NCBI GenBank assembly: GCA_018398765.1
Contig: JAHBMJ010000150.1
Coordinates: 1 to 55,332, forward strand
Direction of reading: 5' to 3'
DNA: 55,332 bases
Source of the DNA: Chromera velia
Taxonomy: Eukaryota
Part shown: positions 24,611-39,310 of the stretch, piece after piece
Layout of the letters: each line of letters opens with the position of its first letter
How positions within the stretch are numbered: position 1 is the first letter of the stretch
Made by a program: the position numbers and the translations under genes
The notes under the pieces: generated by a model
What the model saw: only the letters and a program-made list of their open reading frames with translations
Databases searched by the model: none
What the model was told of the DNA's origin: nothing

Positions 24611-25361
24611 AAGAGAGACTGATTAGCCCCCCCACCCAGGCAGCTAACAGCAGAAAAGATTCGCTCTGTAACCACCCACATCATGCTATAATCCCATGCG
24701 GGCCGTTTTCGAACCAGTAACGTGCATATATACGCATGTACAACACAACTGACAACAGGAGGCTCGAACAACAGAGAACCACAGAGAGAAAGGAAGTGCA
24801 GCAGGAGAAGAGAAGACGGGGGACTGCTCAATCGTCCAAACGACCCACCTACCGATCCACACTAGAGTACTTCCACTGTACAATGATACATGCATATCCA
24901 AATTGAAGAACATCAGAAAAGTGTATAGAACGAGATATATAGAGAGGCTTTAATGATGATTAATTAAAAACAGTTTTTCTATAAATTTTCTTAAATTGTC
25001 TCTTCTTCATATTATTAAATCAGAGTTTTGTTCAAAAAGTTTTATAAATCATATATCATTATCTATTAATTAACAATGTCTAAATCATTTTGTAAACAAA
25101 ATACTATATTGATATATATTGATTGGCTAGCTCATTAACAAAAAAATAATTGTTCTACAAGCGCGGTTCGCCAGCTTTAATCAACTAACTCAAATCAAAT
25201 CAATCAGTAATACATATAAATTAAAATACAACAGACAACGTATTCTATAAAATGTAATAAACTAGTTTAAAATGTCGTGTAATCATGATCAAGGTGTGTG
25301 ATAACTGCTCAAAGGTGTTGTGACTGGCTAGTTTGACCGCTAGGTGAAGTTACGCTTCGAT

Positions 25362-28350
25362 TTATGATTTGTATTGCTGACAGACCCGTGGGAGTGGGGG
25401 CCCCTCTTTCAACTGTTCGTCTTCAACCCTCTGAGCGCTCTTCAACAGAATTTGAAGAGTGGCCCCAGTCCACTTGTCAATCACTGCCCGATCTAACCGT
25501 TGTCCGTCCACAGTCGATGAAGGAGTCCCATCCACCGGGATTGGATTGAAGTACCGTAAACACCCTCCCTTGGTCGCCATATCAGGGGACGTGTCTGCGA
25601 ACCGAGAAGAGGAGGCTGACCCAGTCCCTGTCTGGACAAACGCACCCGATCCCGGCCCTCCAGACCCCTCCCCCGTTTCCCCATGCAGACCTGCGCCCGT
25701 GCGGCTGGCACCTCCAGGCGAGCCCTTTCTTTTCGGCTGCTGCCGCTTCTCCAGGAGGCCTTGCGGGGCTGTTGGGTGAGCTCTGAGGGAGACACACAGA
25801 AACAGGTACAGGAAGAGCATCAGGTACATGACAATCTTTCTGACGCACTGCATGGCGGATGGGCACCGGCAAAGAAGGCCCACGAGTACAGATTCGAAGT
25901 TTGAAAGGATTTAGAGATGTCTTCAGGAGAGTTTTGTGGAGGGAACGAAAGGAGACAGAAGCAAGGCGAGTTTACTCACGAAGACTCACTCTGTTTCTGC
26001 GTCTGCGTGGTCGTGAGGGGACACTTCCGCCTCCACACTTCCTGAAAGTGCGATGGCGGAGGAAGATTGCAACATCGTTCCTGTTGCGTTCATGGAAGAC
26101 ACCAACCTGAAAGAACAGAGTCGCAGGCAGAAAACGAAGTTTGAACAAAGAACAGAGAAAGCCACGGAAGAGTTTCGTGAAAGCTTCATACCAGCAGCGA
26201 CTTCTTATTACCTGCTTCGTGGGTACCAGAAGAATTCAAGAGCAGCTCGTCAGGACAACTGTAGACAACTTCAGAAAAAGTCCCTCCCGATTTTATTTTA
26301 TTTATCCATGCATCGATTGGTGTAGTTGCTTTTCTGCGCCTCTTTTCACTTCTCTCACCGTCGAATGTTGGCCTCTTCTTTGTCATCCCGGACGTACACC
26401 TGCACGAGATGGAGCAACACAACAAGAACAAAAACAAATCCACGGAGACATTTGATCCTCTGCAGGAATAAAGGAGTGGAGAAGGGAAGGAAGGGAAAAC
26501 GGGAGGAAAAGGGCAGGATCGATCACAAAACCACGGGAAAATGGGCAACGACAAAAGCCCGAAGAAAAGAAAAGGGCCCAAGAGGCCCCTGCAGACCCAG
26601 AGGGGTTCTCCCAGACAGACAGAGATTCGATCGCATAAGAGAAAGAGAACATCTGCCCCCCTCCCACTGCTCCACAGCAGAATCGGCCAGCACTTTCCTT
26701 TCCAAAAGTACCTTGGCACACAGATTCCCTTAATCTTTCGCTTTATCAGATCGAATCCTTGTCCAGTTTTCAGCACCAATGAATCAAAAAACAAAGGACC
26801 TCTATCTAATAAGGGCGGCCCTGCTGGAGAAGAAGCAAACGACAGGAACGAACACACCAGCGCTGACCTCAAAGGCGTACGCGTACTGTGCCCGACCGCA
26901 AAGGAAGACGTAGTCCAGACAATTCGACGGAGATGAGTACCCTGCACTCGATCGTGCAGACAGACAAGACAGAAAGACAGGATTTCACCAGGTGCAGATC
27001 GCCAAAAAGGCCGGCAGTAGCACAGACAAACAGGCAGGAAAGCCTGTCTTGCGAAGGTACAGGCAGGCATCTTTCTTGCATTTCAGCGAGTCACTGGGCA
27101 GTTTGGGTGAAGTCAGGCCGCTTCTCGAGAAGGACCGATTCAACTCTCTTGGAATATCTGCTTCCTTGAAAATGTCCCCCTCCCACCACCGAGGCCCCCC
27201 CTGTCCCCTCCGCATCCAATCTCTCCGACTTTCTGTCTCACTTACTGACTGATTGACTGACTGACTGAGCACTTCCGTCATTCTCCCGAAAGGACAGTCC
27301 AAGTTGAGAGTCTTGTCCATTGCGACCTCAGACATGATCTGCACGTTCTCGCAAAAGAAAGTGAAACAATCAAAGTAGAAAGCAAAAGCAGAACAGACGC
27401 GCCTCAAGGGATGAAAGAGAACAGCCCCGGTGAAAAAGAAACCATGCAATCATCAGACAACCTTACTCGCACGCTGACAGAAGAATATCATGTTCACGCA
27501 CACAGCTCGCGAAGGGAAAACAAGGAAAACACGCCAATGAGAAAACACCGAAGAAAAGACCCCTGCGATCGATTGATCAGAAATCCTCAAAGTCCATCTC
27601 TGCCCCCATCCCTGCTTTCCACTTCCCATGCGCCCCCCCCACCTCCATCATTTCGTCTCCATGTCTGAGGGTCTCCAGAGCATTCAGAGAGGCCCAGGGC
27701 ATAAAGATCCCCCGATACCCTGCCAGTGCATGCACACAACGGAAGGGGGGGCATTGGGGAAAGATTCAGAATAAGTTGTTTGGAGAAAATGTTACTCTCT
27801 TCCTATACTTTGGTAGTATACAGCAGATGTTGAAAAGAAAAGGATTGGAAGGGACGTGTGAGAAGACCAAAGAGCGAAGTGGAAAAAGTGTAAGAGAGAA
27901 TCCAACCGAAGAAGAGAAGGCCAGGCCAAATCTGACGACCGTCAAAGACAGAAAGAACAAGTCTCTTTGAGACGAATGAGGTCGAGGGTGGGGTGAGGAA
28001 AGAAAGAATAGAAGAACCAGAGAGGAAAGCTAGAGACAAAGAACAGATGGAGAGGAACAATGCATGGCTTGATCTTAATGCCCGCCCACCTGAATGCACA
28101 GAGAGGAAGACATGCGGCTGGTAGTCGACTACCACTTGATGGAGAATTTGCGTTTCTGGTGCCGTGAACGGGTGTTGTTTGTTCTGTTTGCCCTGGTTGG
28201 TCTCTGAGTAGGCCGTCAGGTTTTTCAACGACGAATCCTTAGGGGCAAACTCGGCCTCGATCGCCTGCAGTTACACATGTTGATGCAAACGTGCGCAAAG
28301 AGGCAGGTGTGTAAGTCCATCCATTCCACATTCGCATCCACACTTGCGAA

Positions 28351-28387
<37 letters not shown>

Positions 28388-29640
28388 ATACACACACACA
28401 ATTGGATCGATGTATACTTTATACTGATACAGAAGGTCTCATGCAGCTTCGACCGCGGCTTCAGAGACTGTCCAAGGATCCAACCCTCCAAGAGCCCCCC
28501 ACCCACCTCTGTCAGTCGCTGCCAGTCTCTGTTGATGTCCACCCCGTCGGCATCCCACCTGCATCCATCAATCCATGCGCACACACACTCATACATCCAT
28601 ACATCGATCCATGCGTACGTTGGCCAGATGAGCCCAAAGACAAGGCTTGGTGCGCAGTGAAAAAAGGAGAATGTGTACTCTTTGTTCTCTGTAGTCCGTA
28701 TCCAACACAGTCGCAGAGGCGCTTCGTCCAAGCCTGGAAGGAGCGAAAACGAGTGTGCGTGCCCTGACCGTTCAGAAAATTGTCCGTTTTCCACTTTCTC
28801 CCTTCCCCTTGGATTTGCGTTCAGAACTAATTTGACCTCCACGCCCTTTCCCTCCACTCCTCCCATTTGATTGAGGACCCCGTCAAGCTCTTTGCATTTG
28901 GGACAGTCGAGGATGTTCTTCTTCATTTCCTCGGACAGAGGAAGATCGGCGGCAGAGTCCAAATAGGAACCGCAGAAGTGAAGGAGGACGTTGAAGCCAA
29001 TCTCTGGAGAAACAATCTCTCTGCAGGCAATGGATTCAACCAACAGGGAGGCAGGGAGGAATGCAGAGAGAGAGCCGTTTCTCTCTCTCTCTCTCTCACA
29101 CACACACACGCGCGCGCGCGCACATACACAAGCACAGAGGGTCATGGAAGGACACAATCCCTCAGCCACAAAGAACGTGCCGACTTTTATTGGCGACAGG
29201 GGTCAGACGACACGACGTTTGAGGACAACTAGAAGTGAATCTGCGTCCATTAAGAGGTATACGTCTGGTCGCCATCCACAGAGAAGATCACCAAAGGATC
29301 TTTCAGACACATGACAGGTCTTCCTTCCCACTCAGTCCCACACATGCACGCCAAGCAGGCCTACCAACCTCGGGTGCTCTCCAAAGAAGACGAGGGCCCG
29401 TGATTTCGTTTCTGTCTTCGGGCTCATGGTTGCCTGCAGCGTTTCGAACAGGCACATGCAATCAATTAAGAACATCTATTCAACACAGGGAAGAAGGGGA
29501 AAAAGAAAAAGAATAGCAGAGGAGCGTTGCAAGAGAGAGGAAGGGAACGGGGGGGGGGCATTTCTTAATACAAATGGGAGCCGGCCAGTCGCGCAGGAAG
29601 ATTGCTAGTGCGACACACACACACACACACACACACAGAG

Positions 29641-29684
<44 letters not shown>

Positions 29685-31127
29685 NGAGAGAGAGCGAGAG
29701 AGAGCGAGAGAGAGAGAGAGAGAGAAGAGAGAGAAGACCGACTGACCACCAAAAGATGGAGGGCAGAGGAATCAGATGTTTTCGACCTCAGAGCCTGCAC
29801 AGAAGGCAACGCAAAGCTGGGATCAAAATAAGAGATACACGAGACGGCAGACACAGCTTGTCATCCAGAGACAGATCGAAGGACAGACGGCCAGACGAAA
29901 GAGTCCCTGTCCGAGTCCCACTCGCCCAGACTCCCTCATCTTATGTTCCTTCCTGCTTTCTCTAAAGGAAGGAATCTGTAGTCCCCCCCTTCCGTTCTTC
30001 CTTCCTTCCTTCCTTCCTTCCTTCCTTCCTTCACTCCTTCCTCAATTCTGCCACACATACTGTCCATTGAATCGTCTTCTACCGACTTTGCGTATTTGCG
30101 CCTGTGTTCGCGCTGAATTTGTTTCATCTTGCCCCTTAGAGCCCATAACTAAGTCACCCTGCTTGCGTGACGGTCTGCAAGTCTGTCAGTCCGTGCGTCT
30201 GTCTGTCTGTCCGTCCGTCCGTCCGTCTGTCTGTCTGTCTGACTGACTGACTGACTGACCACCTCCTCCAGTTCCAGAGGACATCCGGCTTCTTTGAGGG
30301 AGTGCAGAGTTGTCCGCATGTCCTGAAAGAAAAAGTACGCAGGGCATCTAGGTGTTTGCACATTCAAGAACACTTAGGACAGAGAATCAACCAGAGATCA
30401 AATATGCATACAAATAAGCCAGACGACTGAGATGAAAAAAAATTCCCCGAAAAGCAAGAGGAAGATACAAAGGAAAGACAGAAAGATCGCAAGATGAGTA
30501 GAAAGAAAGATAAACGCAGAGATAGAGAGAAACAGACAGACAGACAAGCGGGCAGACAGTCCAACAAAACAATACCAAGAACAAATCTGAACAGGCAGAT
30601 TGGCGGCTACACAGTAAGGAGCATTCATGTCAGGAAGCTCGAACGCAGAAACGTATGCAGTGGCAGACAGGCAGTGCCAATTGCTTGGTATACGATGGGG
30701 GCTACTGGACGGCTGTCCAGTCGAGTCGAAATGAAGAGACATCAATTTTGAAGATCTCGAGTCAAACTGTCATCCTGATGGAAGCATGTTGACAGGTTAC
30801 CCTGAGAGTTTACTTCAGCTTTTAGAACCAAAAATTCTTTCTGCAGGCTCATGCAGAGCCATGTGCATGCAAATAAATGCAAACATGTATATATATGTGT
30901 GCCTACACGTGACTCGCAGGAAGATGAGCAATCGCCCTCTTCTACAGGAAGGGCAGAAAAAGGGATCCATGGCTTGGTCATACAGTCACAAAAGGGCTTA
31001 CGGAGAACTTGTGATAGTAGGAGGACGGCCATGAGGTCAGCTGCTCATCGAATACTGAGGCCGTTGCCGTTGTCAGACCAGAGAGGACCAGAAGACATCG
31101 GAGGAGTGATATGCTTGTCCCCGTCAT
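25362..31127 (-). CDS. Secreted zinc carboxypeptidase, peptidase family M14
   Basis: Exon 31002-31127 encodes a signal peptide and YYHKFS. Zinc motif FFGEHPR|EIVSPE is split by an intron (about 29370/29015). Also NANPRGR, DGVDINRDW, PFTAPET, FLSVHSG (third zinc ligand), CLDYVF...YAYAFE (catalytic Glu, about 26868) and CLRYFNP in the last exon. Confidence 0.9.
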
Positions 31128-32012
31128 CTTGCCTGGTTCGCTATTACGTTCTTTTAGTGGCTGTCAGCTCTCTGAACCTATGTATGTAGACGGGCGATCC
31201 AAGAGAGTAATGACGACCACAGTCTCAAAAGGAATCGCAGAATGCATGCATACAGGGAGTTTCGATCGAGACAAAATATGTCCACTCCCACCCACCTGCA
31301 GCACACAAAAACCAGACAGAGTGGCAGCTTGTTCATCGTTCAATGCAAGGCTCTCTTTGCTTTTCTTCTTTGGTTCTGTAGTCGACAGGAGCTGGCTGCA
31401 TGGCTCAGTTGATCAATCCGACTTCCATTATAATTTATGCATGCATGCTGACTGAGTCCTGGCACAAACTAGCCTTTTCCGTGCGCGCGCGCAAAGCGCG
31501 CGAAGTTTGAAAGGGTTTTGCCTCAGAGGGCAGCACGACAGCTGTGTCTATAGAGTCGTTGGAAGGCCCCAGACTGGGAACCCCCGCAAAAACCGCATAT
31601 AATCAGGCAAACGTGCTACCCTAGCTGTGAGCAAAGATGGGCAGACCGCTTTTCGAATCACCGCGGGGCACTCAGCAAATTTCGGTGTGTCACATGCCAC
31701 TGATGTTTGCTGTTTCATTGCATGTATGCATGCATGATTTGATAGCTCCACATATATATATATATATGCCGGCCAGTATAAACGCCTCCGATTGCATGGT
31801 CCGACTATATGGAGTCAATTTGCAACGGCCATGTTCACAGCAACTTTTGTTTCGCCTTACTGGGACAAGAACATTTACGTCCTGTGTGTAGACTTTGGCG
31901 TTGAATCCGATCGAACAATACCTCACGATCACGAGAAAAAAGCGGACAAACCATCACAAGCACCAGAAGATTGCCATCAACAGCAAGCCTTGCGGGCACT
32001 TATATACATAGG

Positions 32013-33720
32013 ATGAAGGCGCTCTATCTTTTGGCCTTCATTGCCTTTCATGGTCAGGAAGCTTTTGGGGCCGCGAGCCTTCACAGACAAGTGAAGGGCT
32101 CCGTCAGCCAACTATATAGATGCGCCAACGTCTACCCTCCGTGTTGCTCGTACCCATGATGTTCATTTTGTTTCTCTTCTTGTTGTGTGCTGCAGGCGCC
32201 CTGTCTGAGGTAAATCCCAAAGGAGCACAGCTGAGGAGGCGTCGACTTCGTACAGACACTGAGTACACATCGAAAAAAGACGAATACTGCTCAGGCGTCG
32301 ACTTGAGCGAGGAGCCTGACAGCACTGCTCAAAGCACACTGGACACCGTCGGCGGCTGGACTGACGGTGGGTAAACAGAACGTGCATCCAATCATGCATA
32401 TCTTAAGTTGACTTTTAAGTCCGTCTACGCATTCTTCGCTTGCTGTCGACCACAAGAGCATGCATACCGTGGAGCCAACAGTGATATATGAGCGTGTTTA
32501 TGACGCAAAAACTCTCTTTCTCATTCTGCGCCCCCCGATCTCTCTCCCCTTAAATCCTGCATACAGATGCGGCCTTCGAGTCGGCGATCTCGGGAGGCAG
32601 CTACGTGGAGTACGGACAGCTGTCTGCGGGGCTGTTCATTCCTTTTGTGACAGCAATCCTCATCCTTCTCTTCGTCTGCCCGTGCTTCTGCTTCTGCCTG
32701 ACTTGCTGCCGGTCAGCACACTGCCTCTCCTCTTCTACGCACCAGAAGTTTGATACGTAGTAGAGATGCCCTGGCGGGATTTCCTCACGCGCGTTGACCT
32801 CTTATCGTTCGAATCAGCAAATGGAAAAAGCCTCTGATGGATATCCGAAGTACCTTCCTTCCTTCCCTTTCCTTTCCTTTCTGTTTCGGGAAGCAGTCTG
32901 GCACACTTGCCCTGACCGTTTAAGTGGTCGTTGGCTTCGTGAGCACGGAAAGTTCTGAGTCGCCCCAAACTGCCAACTTTGGGTATGCGTGTTTGCACAA
33001 CAACTGCCCTTATTGTCCCTGGCATCAACCCGAAGTCACCTCGAAATTCATTGACTGGGCTGAGAGATGAAACATTAACGAAAAGATCTAGGTGACCGAT
33101 CGATCGACATTTCTTGAGAGAGGCACATCATGTTCCGTGTCCATGCGTGCAGGTGCTGCTGTTGCTGTTGTTTCCCCTGCGCCAAACCGGGGGGCCGGTG
33201 GTCTCCTTGCCAGGCGCGTGCCAACGGAACGACAGGCCTCCACCCTTTCAGAGTGACGGTACTTTTGGGCGTTTACGCTCTCGCTGCGCTTGGTCTCGTC
33301 ATCTGTGCGCTTATGGGAATGTACTACACGTCACTTGTAAGTGGGAGAGCGAAGGAGGCTTGTGGGGGGACAATCGACAAGACAAGTACATCTCTAGCAA
33401 AGAGACCGCGCATTCTGACTTCTGCTTTTTTTCATAAACAAACATCTAACCCTGCGAGAACAAGTATCGGAACCTGTCCATTTGCTCTTTGACCCTGTCT
33501 GCGTGTCTACGTCTTTACTCACGAAGGAAGCCCGTTTCCTGGTTCGTTTATTTTCTTTTTCTCTGGCCAGCATTTCTGAACGAATGAATGAATGGGCAGA
33601 TGGGTGGGTGGATGGATGCAGATGACGACGGGGATTGAGGGCTTCCTTGATTTTCATACATTTTCACACAATTAATTAATCAATCAATCAATGAATCAAT
33701 GAACCAACCAACCAATCAAT

Positions 33721-33763
<43 letters not shown>

Positions 33764-34108
33764 CCAACCAATCAATCAATCAATCAATCAGTCAATTCTG
33801 TATGGAAATCAATCAATGGATGCAGATGACCTCAGGAATCGAGGGCTTCCAGTGCGCTTCGTACACGACGATCGACGAATTCCAGGGAGGCACAATCGAG
33901 AACAAAACGGCAGCAGACTATTTCATGGGACTCACGGAAGCGAAAGGTCCGTCCGTTGGGCTGTTTATTCGATCAATCATTGGTCTGTTCTCTTTCGCTG
34001 GATTGCAGGAAATTCTACCTTAAGCATCCAGAGTCCCTCTCAGTTGTTGCTGCACGCAATTCATCTCCGGCCCCCGTCTTCAATAATGTTGCTGCATGTC
34101 CTTTGCGC

Positions 34109-34155
<47 letters not shown>

Positions 34156-35021
34156 GCACGCACACGCACACTTACTTTTGACTTGTCCTGTCCTTCCTTC
34201 CCCCCTCCCTCCCTCCAGGCAACCTATCCAAATTGGAGACCGACTTGAAGGTTGGCTCCGACTTCGTCAACAGCGTCGACGCAGAGGTAGGCCGGTGCGT
34301 GTTTTTGCTTTTTGTACTGACTGATTGTACCTTTGCCGCAGTGTCTCTGCATGGATGAGGTGATTGATGAAGGAAGGAGGAGCTTCTTTGTTGGGAGGAC
34401 AGAGCTCGACAGATAATGTGATAGTTATCCTTTCTCTGTGGGTCAAGGCTTCGGAATGAGCTTCGATGCCCCATCAGTCGTTCCAGTCGGTTCCAAACAT
34501 TTGCAGTCTGCTGATGCTTCTCCCTTTTCTTGTTGCTCCAATGCCCTCCCTTTCCTGTCTGGACGAATGAACGAACCAGATTGATGCGACGTCAAGCTTC
34601 AAGACAAAGTACGACAGTCTTGTCAAGGACCTCGGAACAGCAGGGGAGACGTCTATCCTGAACACTCTCGCCAACGGGAACGCAGGACAGCTCTACGCGA
34701 CACGAGAAGTTGCATACGAGAGGTTTTCTTCTTCGGGGAGTGACAGAGCCTCCACACAGGAACTGGCCGCCTCGGCAGCGAGCGGACTGGAGGGCTTCGA
34801 AGCAGCCCTGGACGGTCTGGGAAGTCTGGTCACCAACAACAGCGACATGATCGATACAGGAAAGCTGGTCGGTCAGGCGGTCGGGTGGGAAGGCATGTCA
34901 TTCTGCTTTTTGGGTCACTCATGCGGAGTGCAGCTGTTGGTGGTCTTGCAGCCCGTGTGGAAAAGAGTGGAAAAGAGAGAAACATATAAGGTGTCTGTTT
35001 GTCTGCTTGCCTGCTTGGGTG

Positions 35022-35062
<41 letters not shown>

Positions 35063-36311
35063 GCATGTGTGTGCGTGTGTGTGTGTGTGTGTGTGTCTGT
35101 GTGTGTGTATGTATGTATGTATGTATGGATGTGTGTGTGCGTGTGTGCGTATATATTAGTATATGCTCGTATGCTTTGTGTGTCTGCAGGGGGTTCAAAT
35201 TGTCTTCTACCTTCTCTTCACCATCGGCCTGTTCCTTGTGTCTACCGCCAGTCTTGAACTCGCGTGTATGTTCTTCTGCAAGGGCCTGCCGTTGAAGAAC
35301 CCCCGGGGAGGAAGCAAGTTCCCCCGATCCTGCAAGGCCTGCACTCTCTGGGTGGCCTTCCTCTCTTACGCCTTCCTTCTGCTGTTCCTGGGAGGGATCC
35401 TGATGCCTCTGGGGGTGGTTGTCGGGGACTTCTGCAACTTCCTCAGCACCAACTACTACACTGCAGCTCAGGTGGGAGGGCAGAACGGCAGACAGACAGA
35501 CAGACAGACAGACAGACAGGCGTGTCAGAAGACAAGCGAGACGAGAGACAGATGCACGCTGGAAGGGTTGGGCTGGTTTAAGCACTTTGGCAGGCTTTTG
35601 CATCTTTTTCATGGCAAAATTACACTTTCATGCACGTGGTTATCGGTTTGTCATGGGGCATATCTCTGAATTACTTTCTTTCGGATGATGGGTGCCAAAA
35701 CGGGGTGCCTCTCATTTAATTGAACTGATTCGACCTCACCTGACTTGACTTGACTTGCAGATCAACTCCTCAAGTCTTCTGACCGGTCAGGTAGCAGACA
35801 TCGCCGCCTCCTGTCTGTCCTCAGACGGAGACAGGGACCTCATGGGAGCTCTGGGGATTGCAAGCGATTTCGAGTTCAAGGATGAGATGAGGACAAACTT
35901 GACAACACTGAGGGCCCTCTACCCTGCAGGAAACCTGGTACCTTACTCGAGCTATCCGTCGTCTTCACTCCAGAGCGAAGTAAGTCTGCGTCCTCGCAGG
36001 CATGCAGTCAGGAGGAGAGCAAAACCCCTTCAATGCAACGCTTCTTTTTCCTCCCCTATCACGTTGGCTGTTCTTCTCTCTCCAGCTCCATTCCTGATGG
36101 AAAAGCTCCAATGGCTCTCAGCCCAGCACCCCAGACGAATTTGGGCGTCAACACTTTTTCTACAAATCCTTCCCCACCTTGCCCCTTCATGCATTCAGGC
36201 TCAAGACCTCGACGATCTCATTGACGGGACCACCTCAGGAGACGCCGATACTTCAGGGGCGCTCTACAAGATCTCAGAAAACCTTGCGAACGCAATCACA
36301 TGTACGTCTGC

Positions 36312-36362
<51 letters not shown>

Positions 36363-36754
36363 TGTGTGTCTGTCTGTCTGTCTGTCTGTCTGTCTGCCTA
36401 GCTGGTACCCTTACTCTGTTGGACTGCAGCACGACGTCCACATGCTCTTGCTATCGTTCTTGTTCGAGTTTGTTCCATATGATCGACACTGTCTCCCTGC
36501 GTCTGCTCGTTCATCAAAGGAATGCTAGTGCAAGACAAGCGAGCAAACAACGTGCCTGAAATATCTGTTTTCTTTTCACCTTCCTGCCTTCCTTGCGTGT
36601 CTGTTCATCTGTGATTTGTGCGTGCAGACCCTCTAGACATCATGGACCTTCTCGCAGATGGTCTTAAATGCGGTCAGTATCCAGAATGGAGACAGTTGGG
36701 CTGTGAAATGGTATTCTGCCTCTTACCTGACTGCAGAAAGGTAGTTGGATCCAT

Positions 36755-36792
<38 letters not shown>

Positions 36793-36793
36793 A

Positions 36794-36860
<67 letters not shown>

Positions 36861-38092
36861 CCACATCAAGAGCATCATTTGTTGATTCGCTCAGTGAGTG
36901 GTTCCATCCATCAATCCCTCCATCCATCCCTCCATCCATCGATCCACTCATGCACTCATGAACTCATTCGTTCATTCATTCGTTCGTTCATTCTCGAAGG
37001 ATCTCCTGGCTGCACGACGGCTCTTCCCTTCCGTCCCCTTCCTGTTTTTGGTTCAGGTTCCTTCTTCACTGCCAGGCAGAACTTCACAAACGTCTTCTGT
37101 GGGAAGATGTTCTCGGGACTGGTCAGTCAGCCAGGCACTTAGATAAATCGCACGTATTTCTGTTTCCTGGTCTGCAAGGTGCATCGCTTCCCTTGTTCCC
37201 TTCCTGACAGCTCCTTCTTGTAGCTTGTCGTCGTGTGTGGCCTACTTCCTGCCAGGGAGTGTGCGCAGAGGCAGTAAATTCTTCATACACACTGTCTGCC
37301 TGCATTCCCACCTCTTTCTGTCTGTGTCTGCCTTCTTTCTTTCCTTTCTTTCTTCTTCTGTCTGAATGCAGATGATTACAGGCCTGATGCTGGTCGTCAT
37401 CGGGTACCTGTCCATCGTGCTGTTTGGGGTCTTCTACTCTCTGTTCAGGTCGGTTGCTTTCTCGAAAGGAAAGAAGAAAATATCGATGATCGCACCTCTT
37501 CTATTTCAGCAGCATAAGTGGCTCTCCTACCATGCTTCTCCCCAGCTCGGTTGCCCACGCTCTGCCTCTCTACCCTTAAGCCTTGCAGGCTCGCCATGCC
37601 TGAATGTCGTTCTCTGCAGATTTCAGAAAACCGTTTTTCCTTCTTGCTCCTTTTTCTTCATTTGTTGTCTTTTTCCCCTTTCTCTGCTGTCCTGTCGCTC
37701 TCAGGTTCATTGTCAGTTCGAAGGCGCTGGAGAAGGAAATGAATGCAGCAGCAGCGAGGAAGGCCACAGAGATTGCCGTGGCACCCCCCCCCCAGGTAGA
37801 AGAAGAAAAAGAACCAGAGAAGGATGCAGAAGAGGAGGCCCTCCCTCCACCCGAACCCCTCAAGCCTATGGTATCAGTGAAGGACCCGTTCGAGGATGAC
37901 GAGGTCCAACAGAGCTCAGAAAAGTCCCCCATGGCGGTGGAAGACCCATTTGAGGTAGAGGTCGATCAGGTCATGAAGAAACAGCCCACAATGGAGGGGG
38001 GGCCAGTCATTGCGGAACCAGAGAAATTGGAACCCCCGGGGGGGGACAACGATGACCCCATGCCCGTTGGAGACTCAGAGCTGGGCGTTTAG
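32013..38092 (+). CDS. Multi-exon prominin/tweety-like multi-pass membrane protein
   Basis: Signal peptide MKALYLLAFIAF; TM1 followed by a Cys cluster (CPCFCFCLTCCR|CCCCCFPC); TM2 VLLGVYALAALGLVICALMG; large loop; TM3/4 (VFYLLFTIGLFLV..., AFLLLFLGGILMPLGVVVGDFC); last TM ITGLMLVVIGYLSIVLFGVFY; acidic Pro-rich tail. Family call from topology. Confidence 0.7.
33678..33797. repeat. Intronic (AATC)n microsatellite
   Basis: Directly visible; representative of many intronic SSRs, e.g. (CA)n at 19364-19440 and (CA)n(GA)n at 29613-29733. Confidence 0.95.
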
Positions 38093-38638
38093 ATTTTCTC
38101 CGATTCGAGCCCTGGTTGGAGAACACTTCAAGAGATAGATACAGGAGCTCTATGTAGACCACATGCAAGAATTGTGCAGCATGCAGATGTTCCTTCGCAC
38201 CGAACCAAGATTCAGCTCCATGGAGCGGAGAAGCCAAACAGGATTGTACTTTCTGAAGACTTTTGTATGCACTGTTTTCGCTTTTGCTGTGACAACCAGC
38301 TCACAATGTTTTATTCATTTCAGCTGTAAAGTCGATTTCAACAAAGAGTTTTGAAATCGAATGAAAAAAATGAAGCAACAATGGTTTGATCATATACAAA
38401 AGAAACAATCAATATCAGTCACTAGTTTTTCTTGAACTGTGACGTTCTGCGTTTGGCATAAGCATTTGAGTAACTGATATTATTGAATAAGTGGTACTAG
38501 CACTTATAACTTAAATATGAAAACAAAAAGTATCAAGTTTTTAAAATTGTTGGTTGGAAAACAGACTTTCAATATAGTGAAAACACTATCAAAGATTGAT
38601 TGATTGATTCATTGATTGATTGATTGATTGATTGATTG

Positions 38639-38889
38639 CTAGGCCGTGCACTAGATAAAAAAATAAAAAAAAAACTAAGAAAACTTTTTTTTTATCTATT
38701 CTTTTTTTATTTATCACCCCCTCAGGCTTAACTAGATAAACAACTGTTGTTTAGGTGTTATATGCGTGTTGCAGGGAGTGTTGCATGAAAAACAACTGTT
38801 CTTTAATGGATAAATAAATAAAAAAATAAAAAACTAACAAAACTTTTTTTTTTTTCTTTCTTTTTTTATTTAGCTAGTGCAGGGCCTAG
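38639..38889. mobile_element. MITE (251 bp) inserted in an (ATTG)n microsatellite
   Basis: Left end CTAGGCCGTGCACTAGATAAA; right-end reverse complement CTAGGCCCTGCACTAGCTAAA, continuing into A-rich subterminal arms. (ATTG)n runs directly flank both ends. Confidence 0.8.
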
Positions 38890-39310
38890 ATTGATTGATT
38901 GATTGATTGATTTTATGGGGTTTAAAATCTAGTTTGAAATTCATGGTGTTTTGTTTTTCTATATTTTCCTTTTGAAATAAAAAAAATTAAATTTCAAGGA
39001 TTAATTTAAAGTCTTTTTGCAATTTTAAAACCAAAAACAAATTAAGTCTCAAACTTTTAAAATCTGAATTTATCATAATTTATCTGAATTAATTAATTGC
39101 ACACTTAAAATTGCCATGATATTTTGATAAGGTTGGTTTCCAGCATTTTTTTTTTTTTTTTAGATGTCAAACGGCTCAGCATTAAATTTGAGCACTTAAA
39201 ATTTGATACCGGTTTTAAATTATCTGTCCAAGCTAGTTTTAGCCTTAATTAACTATTATCATAAAAAATAGATTAGATTAGATTAGAGGATGCCTAACCC
39301 CAGTTGGAGC

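Noticed and set aside
29685..29685. N inside a (GA)n tract
   Set aside because: Assembly ambiguity or collapsed gap, not biology.
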